Virus record (IMG/VR): IMGVR_UViG_3300049732_000296
Location: 1-53,002 of that record
Length of the DNA stretch: 53,002 nucleotides
Source: a virus
Taxonomy: Duplodnaviria > Caudoviricetes
Strand: one strand, 5' to 3'
Shown here one piece after another: positions 6,520 through 15,011 of this stretch. Positions within the stretch are counted from its first letter, which is position 1. The number at the start of each line of letters is the position of its first letter. The notes below the pieces were generated by a model. That model was not told the origin of the DNA. It saw nothing but the letters and a program-made list of their open reading frames with translations, and did not search any database. A program made the translations under genes and the position numbers.

Positions 6520-9500
6520 CTAGGGGCTCATACAAAACGAAACCAGCATCGTGCCCGCCGCAGCTACGGAAGCGCTGCCGACGACCTTGATATCAACCTT
6601 CCGGGAAGCAGCGATCGCGGGGACGTGCGTCAGGTCTGTGCACGTCGTGGCCGATCCGGTGATCGTGCAGGTAAGACTCGTCGCGGAGGTATTGTCCATA
6701 AGAGTGACAACCCAGGTCTCGCTGCCGGTGGGCGCAGCATCAACCTCGACGCGAAGCTGGTGGGCTTCCAGCGCCGCTGGCGTCAACGACTGCGCGTTGG
6801 TCTCGACCGCGAAGAGCGTTGCACTCCCGTTGATGGAGACGTACCTGGTGGCGTTCTCGGCTGGGTCGAAGTGCCCAGGGAACCAAGTCGTGCATGGCCG
6901 CGGTGCCGGATCGTTGGCGGAAACAACGACCGTCCCGCTGAGGTCTGGAAGGTAGGCGTTACGGTCGGCCGTGGGAAGACGCGTCAGCATGCAGATCTCG
7001 TCGTTGTCGGTGATCTCCGTGTAGCCGCCGGTCGCGCCGTCCGGCTCGACTCCCTTGAAGCAGATGCGCTGGCCGGCGCCGTCGTCCTCGTCGTAGGATC
7101 CGAGCCAAAGCGTCGAGTCGGCCTGGAATGAAAAGCTCTTGCGGACCTGGACGTCCTCCCCGGGCAGGTAATCCCAAAACACACACGGAGCCCCGCGCGT
7201 GGGGCAAAAACTCTTGTCGTAGATTTCGAGCAGTGGGGACTGCGCGAAGGCACCGGCGTTACTGGAGCCGAAGATCCCGATGGCCGGGTCAGTCGACCCG
7301 ACGTCGTGATGCGCGGCAAGCTGAAACGCCGGGTATCGGTGCGAGCCCCGAGGGTGCGGCCAGGCCAGCTTGTTCCCGAACATCGACCCGCCGTCGGTGT
7401 AGATCCCGCCATCCCACGGGACGAGGAACACCGGACGGTTCCAACCGAATTGGGTCATGTCGTTGGGCTGCCCCGCGAAGATCGTGAGCGCCGAGCCGTA
7501 GGTGAATGTGTTCACCGGCGGGGTGAGCGGCTCGTAAATCGCGACGCCGCCCATGTGAACGCCGAAGATGGGCCGGTCCCGTGTCTCGCCCGCCGTGCCG
7601 GTGCTCGAATCGGTCTCAACCCCAACGGCGTCAATCAGCGGCCCGGAGCAAACGGTCTGCGCAAAGAAGCACGGGCCATCAGCACCGCAGTCACCATCCA
7701 CCAAGCACCGCTTGGACCCGTCGCCGCTACAGAAGCTCTCTCCGATGTTGCACCCACCGCCGACGATCCATGAGTTATCGCCAGCGGCGTCCTTCCCGCC
7801 CTTGTAGTGTGACCCGCCGATATTCGGCATGTTCTTGTATTCGTCGAGTCGGTCCCAGGCCGCGGTGCATGAGCCCCCGGAAACGGGGCACCGGACACAC
7901 GATTCGCCCGCCGGGCATTGCACCGCGGTCTTGCACCGGGTCGCGGTGGTCGTCGAGCAGTACCCGACGACGCATTTCTCGCTGGGGCAATCCCCGTCGG
8001 CGTTGCAGGCGGTGCTCGTCGTCGTCTCGCATGAACCGATGTCCTGGAAGGCCGACCACTCCCCGATCGCGCCCCCGTCGAGGGTGCCGTCCGTGTCGCT
8101 GTCGCTGTAGGCCTTGGTCGGATCATCGAGCCGGACCCAGCGCTGGAATGGAACCTGGGCCATCGTGCAGTTGTTCCCGCTTCCACAGTGCGGTTGGTCG
8201 GCCGAGGAGAGCACGCGGTTCTTGCCGTCGCGCATGTCGGCCACGAGGGCATCCTGCTTCCCTGTCGAAGCTGTTGCCGGATTTGTGTCAACAAATGCCG
8301 TGGTGTCGTTCTCGTCGGAATCCACGCGGAGCAGACCATCCGTGCTGGGGAGATCAGCGAGGGCCGTGGCGATGTCCGTATAACCGTCGCTGCGGCGTTC
8401 CTGATTGATCCAGTCGACGAAGACGCCGGTGAAGAACGTCGTGGCGCGGCCCAGCGAGGTGGTGCCTACGGAATGCGTGGACGCGCTGGTCGAGTCGTCG
8501 AAGTTGACCACGTTGACCGGGGTCGCCTGTTCGTAGTTGTTCCAGATGTTGAAGTCGCGCGCGCCGTCCATGCCGCTGTCGTTGATGAGGCCCCACTCGT
8601 TCGTGCCGGCAGCGTTGCCCGTGGCGATGCCGCGGAACTGGTTGGCGGCGTTCAGTTCCAGGATGCCGCCGTCATAGCGCGTCCTGTTCGTCGCCGGGTT
8701 CCACGTCCAGCACGGGTCAGTGAGGTTGTCGTCGTCGAAGCAGATGGCCGTCGCTTCACTCGCGCTTGCGTACCCGAACTTGATGGTGGGGATACCCATC
8801 GTCACCTGCCCCCGCCGGTCCCCGGCCCCATCCCTCGCCCAGCGCATGACCTCCGTCGCGTTCCCTCCCGAGTTGTCGTAGGACGTCAACGTCAGGTCCG
8901 CGGTCGCGTTGTTGTCCCGCTCGAGCGTCCACAGCAGACGATCCCCTCCCGTGGTGGACATGAAGCGCATCCCGCACGAGAACCCGTCGCCGGTCTGGCA
9001 ACGGAACCAGTGGCTGGCCGCGGTCGATCGCAGGTTGACGTTCGAGTCCCATACGGTGTTGTCGGAGGCCGCGATCCTGGTCTTCTCGGCATCGCCGATG
9101 TAGGTACGCACCTCGCCGGTGGAGGTCGTCACGCGCTCGATGACCGTGCCGCGCACATAGGAGTCGCCTGTCTGGAACTTCGGGTCGTAGACAGTCACGA
9201 CGGTCGATGACGCGGCCTCGGCCTCGACGTAGCAGCGAGTATTGCCGCCCTGGACGAACGGCGAGTACACGGAAGCCTGGACCGCGCCGTCGAAGTAGAG
9301 CCCACAGTCGCCGGACGTGTCGTAGTCCTGCACACATCCGGTTCCGGCACCGGTGCAGCAGTCGTAGGGGTTGTCGAGCCCGAGGCATTCCGCGCTCGCG
9401 TTCTGCGCGGTCATCGCGTAGGACACGTCGATCAGCGTGACGCCGTTGACCCCGTCCTGACCCACGGGAAGCGTGGTGCCGCCAGGACCTATGAAGGCCA

Positions 9501-10527
9501 TGTCGGCCCGCTGCGCCGGGGTCCCGATGTGGGTGTTCAGAATCGTGATGTCCCGGCCGCCGGTCGCGTAGACGTGGTAGAGCGGCTCGGGGTACGGCGC
9601 CCCCGTGCACGTCCCGGTGCCGACCCCCGTGCAACACGGGAGCGGGGCTCCTGACCCGGTGCATGACGTGTTGTCGCGGCGTTCGCGCTCGAGGACGCCA
9701 CCGATGATGATGTTCCCGGTCTGCTGGTCGCCCCCGGTGGCCTCGAACGTGATGCAGTACTTCGTGACGTGCTCGCAGTCGATGGCCTGGATCAGGTTGA
9801 GGGAGCTGGTCCCTCGAATCCGCATCCCGATCTCTTGGTCGGCAACCTGAATCTTGGAGATGAGCGCGTTCTGAGCGTTGACCAGGTCGAGCCCCGTGCT
9901 ACCCGCCAGCGGCCCGTTGAAGATGTTCAGGTTCGAGATCTCCAGCTTGGCGCCGGCGGCGACCTGGAACCCGGTGGTGGCGATATCGTTCATGTTGAGG
10001 CTGCAGCCGGTGACAGCCTTCGCTCGTGCGCCCACACCGCCCGCAGGCGCGTAGGTCAGAAGCGTTCCGGACACGTTAGCCTTGAACCCGCTGCCGTCCC
10101 CGAAGCACTTGACCGTCACGCCGTCAGGGATCGTGAGCGGGTTGACCGTGTACATCCCTCGGACGTGGAGCTCGCGCTCGGGTCCCGAGGCCGCAGCGTC
10201 GAGCGCCGCTTGGATCGCGGTCGTGTTCTGCGCGACGGTCCGAGCATCGTGCGCGCCGCTCTGCCATTGCATGTGGCGCACGTCCCAGGGGTCCGAACAA
10301 TAGGTCCACTTCAGCGTGGTCGGGTCGCAGCAATACGTCTCTCCGGCTCCATCGCCGCTCGCGACCTGGAGCGCATACTTCGAGTTGCCGCATCCGAGTT
10401 GACACGGTGCGGTGCCGCACTTGGTATCCGGGGAGTCGATGACCGAGACGACCGGGCCCGTCCCTTGGGCCCTGGCCGGTAGCGCGAGCCATGCGAGTAC
10501 CGTGAGGAGCAAGACAGCGCGCCGCAT
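6520..10527 (-). CDS. large tailspike/tail-fibre-like protein with Sec signal peptide and Cys-rich inserts (about 1335 aa)
   Basis: TGATG coupling to upstream tail gene; MRRAVLLLTVLAWLALPARA|Q; TTAIQAALDAA beta-helix start; PTADRNAYLPDLSGTV fibre-like motif. Confidence 0.75.
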   Translation of the reverse strand: MRRAVLLLTVLAWLALPARAQGTGPVVSVIDSPDTKCGTAPCQLGCGNSKYALQVASGDGAGETYCCDPTTLKWTYCSDPWDVRHMQWQSGAHDARTVAQNTTAIQAALDAAASGPERELHVRGMYTVNPLTIPDGVTVKCFGDGSGFKANVSGTLLTYAPAGGVGARAKAVTGCSLNMNDIATTGFQVAAGAKLEISNLNIFNGPLAGSTGLDLVNAQNALISKIQVADQEIGMRIRGTSSLNLIQAIDCEHVTKYCITFEATGGDQQTGNIIIGGVLERERRDNTSCTGSGAPLPCCTGVGTGTCTGAPYPEPLYHVYATGGRDITILNTHIGTPAQRADMAFIGPGGTTLPVGQDGVNGVTLIDVSYAMTAQNASAECLGLDNPYDCCTGAGTGCVQDYDTSGDCGLYFDGAVQASVYSPFVQGGNTRCYVEAEAASSTVVTVYDPKFQTGDSYVRGTVIERVTTSTGEVRTYIGDAEKTRIAASDNTVWDSNVNLRSTAASHWFRCQTGDGFSCGMRFMSTTGGDRLLWTLERDNNATADLTLTSYDNSGGNATEVMRWARDGAGDRRGQVTMGIPTIKFGYASASEATAICFDDDNLTDPCWTWNPATNRTRYDGGILELNAANQFRGIATGNAAGTNEWGLINDSGMDGARDFNIWNNYEQATPVNVVNFDDSTSASTHSVGTTSLGRATTFFTGVFVDWINQERRSDGYTDIATALADLPSTDGLLRVDSDENDTTAFVDTNPATASTGKQDALVADMRDGKNRVLSSADQPHCGSGNNCTMAQVPFQRWVRLDDPTKAYSDSDTDGTLDGGAIGEWSAFQDIGSCETTTSTACNADGDCPSEKCVVGYCSTTTATRCKTAVQCPAGESCVRCPVSGGSCTAAWDRLDEYKNMPNIGGSHYKGGKDAAGDNSWIVGGGCNIGESFCSGDGSKRCLVDGDCGADGPCFFAQTVCSGPLIDAVGVETDSSTGTAGETRDRPIFGVHMGGVAIYEPLTPPVNTFTYGSALTIFAGQPNDMTQFGWNRPVFLVPWDGGIYTDGGSMFGNKLAWPHPRGSHRYPAFQLAAHHDVGSTDPAIGIFGSSNAGAFAQSPLLEIYDKSFCPTRGAPCVFWDYLPGEDVQVRKSFSFQADSTLWLGSYDEDDGAGQRICFKGVEPDGATGGYTEITDNDEICMLTRLPTADRNAYLPDLSGTVVVSANDPAPRPCTTWFPGHFDPAENATRYVSINGSATLFAVETNAQSLTPAALEAHQLRVEVDAAPTGSETWVVTLMDNTSATSLTCTITGSATTCTDLTHVPAIAASRKVDIKVVGSASVAAAGTMLVSFCMSP

Positions 10528-11321
10528 CAGAAGGGCCCTCCGCCGACCAAGAACGGCTGCCAGCGGTACACGTCGTCGTAGCCCCTCAGGCACTTCCGCT
10601 GTTCACCTTGACGGCCGCTCCCCTCAGGCGGGCGAATGATGGCGAGTGCATCCCGCCACAAGTAGCTGGGGGCGGGGAGCTCGTCCTCGTGGCTCACGAT
10701 GAGGACAGCCGCCTCGGGAGCCGCACCGGGCGGGGGCGCTTGCATCGGCGGTACCGGAGGGGCCGCGAGCGTTGCCCAGCGCCAGGCGCGCCGCGGGACC
10801 GTGATGGCGGTCGCCGCCGTACGAATATGCAGGCGCGCGACGCTGATGTTCATCCGCGATTGGAAACTGAGCCACTTGTACTGGCCGCGCCACGCGCGCA
10901 CGTCCTGCACGATCTCGACCGGACGATCGGCGGGCTTGGTCGTCCCGACCCCGGTCTCGCCGACGACGTAACCCGCTTCGCTGTTCGTGTCGTTGATCAG
11001 GAGCCTGGTGTCGTGCAGATAGCCGAAGATCGGACCGACCTGGAAGTCGTTGAGAATCGCTTCGATCGAGTGCAGCAGGCGAATCCAGAGGACATCGGCC
11101 CAGGGCGGTATCCAGTACTCGAACCAGCTGTCGCCAACGACCGTTTCCTCCGGCCGATACCAGGTGTCTGGAACGGGGTTCTCGACGAGAAGGTCGATCT
11201 CCGGTGTCACGGCTGGACGGTTGCGCAGCTCGCTTTGGCGCTGGAGGACGACCTGCCACCAGCGCGGATCCATTTCCGTGCCCGGGCGGCGGTGCTGCTT
11301 CTTCCACTCGACCCAGGTCAT
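10527..11321 (-). CDS. minor tail protein, unknown function
   Basis: Start MTWVEWKKQH overlapping upstream stop; position in tail operon. Confidence 0.55.
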   Translation of the reverse strand: MTWVEWKKQHRRPGTEMDPRWWQVVLQRQSELRNRPAVTPEIDLLVENPVPDTWYRPEETVVGDSWFEYWIPPWADVLWIRLLHSIEAILNDFQVGPIFGYLHDTRLLINDTNSEAGYVVGETGVGTTKPADRPVEIVQDVRAWRGQYKWLSFQSRMNISVARLHIRTAATAITVPRRAWRWATLAAPPVPPMQAPPPGAAPEAAVLIVSHEDELPAPSYLWRDALAIIRPPEGSGRQGEQRKCLRGYDDVYRWQPFLVGGGPF

Positions 11322-11803
11322 GCTTCCCGCCTGAGCTGTGTGGCGCCGCCGTTGTAGCGCACGTGGAGAGTTCCGCCTCCACTGACCATCTTCAGTTGTG
11401 TCTCGAGGCTCGAGAGTCCGATCGCAGCCTTGACATGCGCGTCCGGGATGATCACCGAAATGGTCGTGCCAGGAGCCGCCACGACGATGTCTATGGATTC
11501 GACGTACGCCCCTGATCCGAGTCGGACCTGGACCTTCCCCGTCCCGCCACCGGTCACCCAGGCCTCGAAGCGGACCTCGAGCAGGACCTCTCCCTGGAGC
11601 GTGGCGACCGCGGGCGGTATCGGAGCCTCCTGGTTGACCTTCGTGACGTAGGCCGCCCCGGCCTCCGTGACCTCGGCGAAGTTGTAGGCGAGCTGCTGGG
11701 TGATCAGCGCCTCCTGGTTGTTGTGCAGGTCGTCGAGGTAGGCCTCGATCACTGGGTTGTTGCCGACGAGCGCCGCGAGGTCGACCCACGGGAGGGCGCT
11801 CAT
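11318..11803 (-). CDS. minor tail protein
   Basis: 161 aa, coupled to neighbours, follows hub gene. Confidence 0.6.
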   Translation of the reverse strand: MSALPWVDLAALVGNNPVIEAYLDDLHNNQEALITQQLAYNFAEVTEAGAAYVTKVNQEAPIPPAVATLQGEVLLEVRFEAWVTGGGTGKVQVRLGSGAYVESIDIVVAAPGTTISVIIPDAHVKAAIGLSSLETQLKMVSGGGTLHVRYNGGATQLRREA

Positions 11804-14064
11804 GGCGGCACCGTGTAGGGCAGGGACCCGTCAGCGAAGCCGCTCTCGTCCGGTGCAACGAAACAGAACTCGCGTTGCCCTTCGGTCGCCGTGTCGTAGG
11901 TGACGCCCGCCAGGCTATTCGGTCCGACGATCGCCGGTCTGTTGAGCGTGCGGCGCTCGCGGATACGAAGTCGAACCACGCCGCGCGCCAGGTCCTGGGC
12001 GACCCGGACCATGTGGAATGTTCGCGGCGTGGTCTGCCTGGTTCCAGCTTGCAGGTCGGGGATGCTCCTGATGAGCACCGTGACCGTGTTGAGCAGGGAT
12101 ACGTCTTTGTACTTCAGAAACGCATCGATCTCGATCGGCGTCGAGGGGTTGGCGAGCTCCAGGAGGATGCGAGTCGCCGCCTTGCGGGCGATGGTCTCTC
12201 CGTTCAGGTCAGGGAAGCCGAGCCGGCCGGTTCGCAGCCCACGCGTCTCGAGCTTGATCGGCTCCGACTTCCCGAAGGCGTCGACGCTATCGTCGTCCAC
12301 AGCCGCCGGCAGCTGCCGGTCGTATTCGTTCTCCGCCGCGTTCCAGTCCGAGCCGAAGGTGACGCTGTTCACGGCGTCCGCGAACGAGCGCGACCACTTC
12401 GGCCGGTAGTCCTGGGAGACCCACTCCTCACCGATTGCGATGTTGGTCGGCGGCACCCGGAACAGCTTGTCGAGGCTCCACCGGCCCAACGAATCGACCA
12501 CCGGACGGAGTCCGAACGATCGCAAGAGCTCCTCGACCCACTCCCGGACGTTGTCGATCGAGTCCGACTCCACGAACAACGCGGCATCGCCGGACGTAGC
12601 GCGGCCAGCGTTGTCGAAGGCCGGATGGGGCCAATACGCCGCGAGAATGTTCTCGGCGTGGTCGATGTTCATGAAGTCGACGTCGATCCCGAGACCATCA
12701 CCGTCGCCGGCGTCGTAGGGACCGTTCGGCGCGGAGTCGAATGGACCCTCGAGGATCGGCCCGGGGCCCGCGTCGACCCAGACCGTGCTCGCCGTGCCTC
12801 CGGTGTTGTTGTGGATCTGGACCGAGAGCCCGTCGCCGCCGGGGAATCCTGGATCCCAGCGGAAGACGATTGTCGCGCGTCGGACGTCGACCCCGAGGTC
12901 GAAAGCATGGAGCGTCGCGCTTCCTGTCCAGACGGTCCCCGTCCCGTCGTCGTCTAGGTGCACATTCTGGGTCGAGTTGCTAACGAGAATCCCGAGGCCA
13001 TCGGCGAACGTAGCTCCGGCCTTCGCGAGCACGGTGAGCCGATACCACTTGCCCGGCGTCAAGACCGCCCCGAAGGCGCGGGAGATGCTGAGAGTCCCGG
13101 CGACCGTGCGGACCATCTTCACCGCCGAGAAGCCGCAAACGTGCTCGATGTCCTCGCGCGCGATCGTGCCCGCTCCGATGTTCTCCACCCAGCCGTCAAG
13201 GTTCGTGTCCGAGATCCAGTCCTCGAGGAAGGGGTTGCTGCCGACCGCGGCCGGCGTCGACGCCCCGGCTGCGTCTGTCGTAGTGAGCGTCCGCAGCGCG
13301 AGCTCGCCGACCCCGCCGCGCAGGACCCACACCGCCGTGATGCTCGTGTTGCCCGTCACCGGGAAGACATATGGGGACTGGCCCACCCCGAAGACGCGCC
13401 GCTCGACGCCCGTCAGGGCCCACTTCTCTCCGACGATCGCCTTGGCCCCATACCTGACGATCTCCTGGAGTTTCGCGTCCGTGTCCGAGAGGAGCGCGTA
13501 ACCGCTCGCCGGCCAGTCCGATGGATCTCCGGAGAGAACGATCGTCGTCGCCAGGACGTCAAGGCCGGAGGGTTGGGTCTCCGTGTCGAGGCTCAAGCTT
13601 CCGCCGGAGACGGATTCGAACAATCCAGCGGACATCGCCGCGAGCACGTTCCCGAGGACGAATCGGTAGCCGCCGCCGTGCCGGCCCTGGACCTCGTAGT
13701 CCTCGAGCACCAGCTGTTGGCCCGGCCACTCAGCCTCGGGCGTTCCCCGGAATCCGGCGCGCATGACCACGGTGGCCCGCGCCAGGCCCGCGCTGTCGTG
13801 GTCCTTGAGCCAGGCCGTCACCGTCTCGTCGAGATCCGGGGCCCAGAACGACTGCCCACCCACCTGCAGCCGCCCGGTCTTCGCGTCGTAGGTAGAGCCG
13901 TCCTCGGCTTCCGGCATAGCTCCGGAGAACACGGTCCAGCCGGGAGGATGCGAGAGCCCCGCTGCGCTCCGGTCCGTGACGAATCGGGTCTCGAGGTTCG
14001 GGAAGTCGTACGCGACGACGACGTCCTTGCCCGTGAGCTTGTCGCGCTGGGTGAGGTAGCTCAT
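11800..14064 (-). CDS. baseplate hub / Tal-like tail tip protein with inserted CBM-like domain
   Basis: 754 aa, second gene after tape measure; insert starting GSNPFLEDW...GW. Confidence 0.6.
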   Translation of the reverse strand: MSYLTQRDKLTGKDVVVAYDFPNLETRFVTDRSAAGLSHPPGWTVFSGAMPEAEDGSTYDAKTGRLQVGGQSFWAPDLDETVTAWLKDHDSAGLARATVVMRAGFRGTPEAEWPGQQLVLEDYEVQGRHGGGYRFVLGNVLAAMSAGLFESVSGGSLSLDTETQPSGLDVLATTIVLSGDPSDWPASGYALLSDTDAKLQEIVRYGAKAIVGEKWALTGVERRVFGVGQSPYVFPVTGNTSITAVWVLRGGVGELALRTLTTTDAAGASTPAAVGSNPFLEDWISDTNLDGWVENIGAGTIAREDIEHVCGFSAVKMVRTVAGTLSISRAFGAVLTPGKWYRLTVLAKAGATFADGLGILVSNSTQNVHLDDDGTGTVWTGSATLHAFDLGVDVRRATIVFRWDPGFPGGDGLSVQIHNNTGGTASTVWVDAGPGPILEGPFDSAPNGPYDAGDGDGLGIDVDFMNIDHAENILAAYWPHPAFDNAGRATSGDAALFVESDSIDNVREWVEELLRSFGLRPVVDSLGRWSLDKLFRVPPTNIAIGEEWVSQDYRPKWSRSFADAVNSVTFGSDWNAAENEYDRQLPAAVDDDSVDAFGKSEPIKLETRGLRTGRLGFPDLNGETIARKAATRILLELANPSTPIEIDAFLKYKDVSLLNTVTVLIRSIPDLQAGTRQTTPRTFHMVRVAQDLARGVVRLRIRERRTLNRPAIVGPNSLAGVTYDTATEGQREFCFVAPDESGFADGSLPYTVPP

Positions 14065-15011
14065 GGCACCTCACCGTTGACGTTGAACCGGTAGTCATAG
14101 TGCCGGTACTCGACTCCGGGCCGGATGTCGACGCGCAGCTGGTCGTCGTGGAAGGCGTGGGTGTAGTGGTGTGCGTCGTTGGTCGAGCGGTCACGATCGA
14201 CCCAGAGGACGACTCGACCAACGTACGGGCTCCCGAGCCACGCCGAGAAGCGCTTCGCGCCGGGGTCGATCGTGCCGTGGTTCACGAGCACGTTCCGCAG
14301 GCTCAGATCGAGCCTCGTCTGCGCGGCGGTGAACCTCACGACCTCCGCTACCTTGTTGCCCATGTTGACCGCGACGCCGGTCTGCACCCGGTCGCTGACC
14401 TCACGGAAGCCCTTGTCCACCAGGTCGAAGACCGCACCGACGTAGACGCGGTCCCAGTAGGCGTTCGAGGCGGCGTTATAGCCCGCCACGGCGATGTCGT
14501 AGGTCAGGATGACGTCCACCCAGGCCGCGGAGGCATGGATCGTCTCGGCAGCGACCCGGAGGTACCAGGGGCCCGCGCCGGCGACGATCGAACGGCTGGC
14601 CGCAGGGGCGAGCAAGACGCCGCTTCCTGGAGCCGACGTCCCGCCGGAATACTGCTCGATTGCGATCGACGCGTTGTCGAGCGCGCGCTGGTCCACGCCC
14701 TTGAGGAGCGCGGCCGCCGCGATCTCTCCGCTCCCGTAGAGCTTCAGGAATCCAACCGCATCGGCGGCGGCCGTGCGCTGACGCAACACCGCCTTGCTCC
14801 CGCCCGCGCCGCTGAGGGTGTTCTGCCGGACGGATTGAGTCGATGGGAACCCGATCCCAGGGCTGTGGAACTCTGCGGTAGTGACCTCGAGGATCTCATT
14901 CGAGCCGAGCGAGTCGTCCCATCCCGTGGGCACGAAGGGACCCGGGGCATCGTCCTCGAAGCTGTGGTTGTCCAGCTCCTCGACGCCGTACAGGATGAGC
15001 GGCCGCCCCAT
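14061..15011 (-). CDS. distal tail (Dit-like) protein with inserted CBM-like domain
   Basis: First gene after tape measure; LDNHSFEDD..P..GW...YWDRVYV. Confidence 0.55.
   Translation of the reverse strand: MGRPLILYGVEELDNHSFEDDAPGPFVPTGWDDSLGSNEILEVTTAEFHSPGIGFPSTQSVRQNTLSGAGGSKAVLRQRTAAADAVGFLKLYGSGEIAAAALLKGVDQRALDNASIAIEQYSGGTSAPGSGVLLAPAASRSIVAGAGPWYLRVAAETIHASAAWVDVILTYDIAVAGYNAASNAYWDRVYVGAVFDLVDKGFREVSDRVQTGVAVNMGNKVAEVVRFTAAQTRLDLSLRNVLVNHGTIDPGAKRFSAWLGSPYVGRVVLWVDRDRSTNDAHHYTHAFHDDQLRVDIRPGVEYRHYDYRFNVNGEVP

Noticed and set aside
5417-14064. Diversity-generating retroelement or invertible tail-fibre system
   Set aside because: No reverse transcriptase, TR/VR pair, invertase or inverted cassette seen
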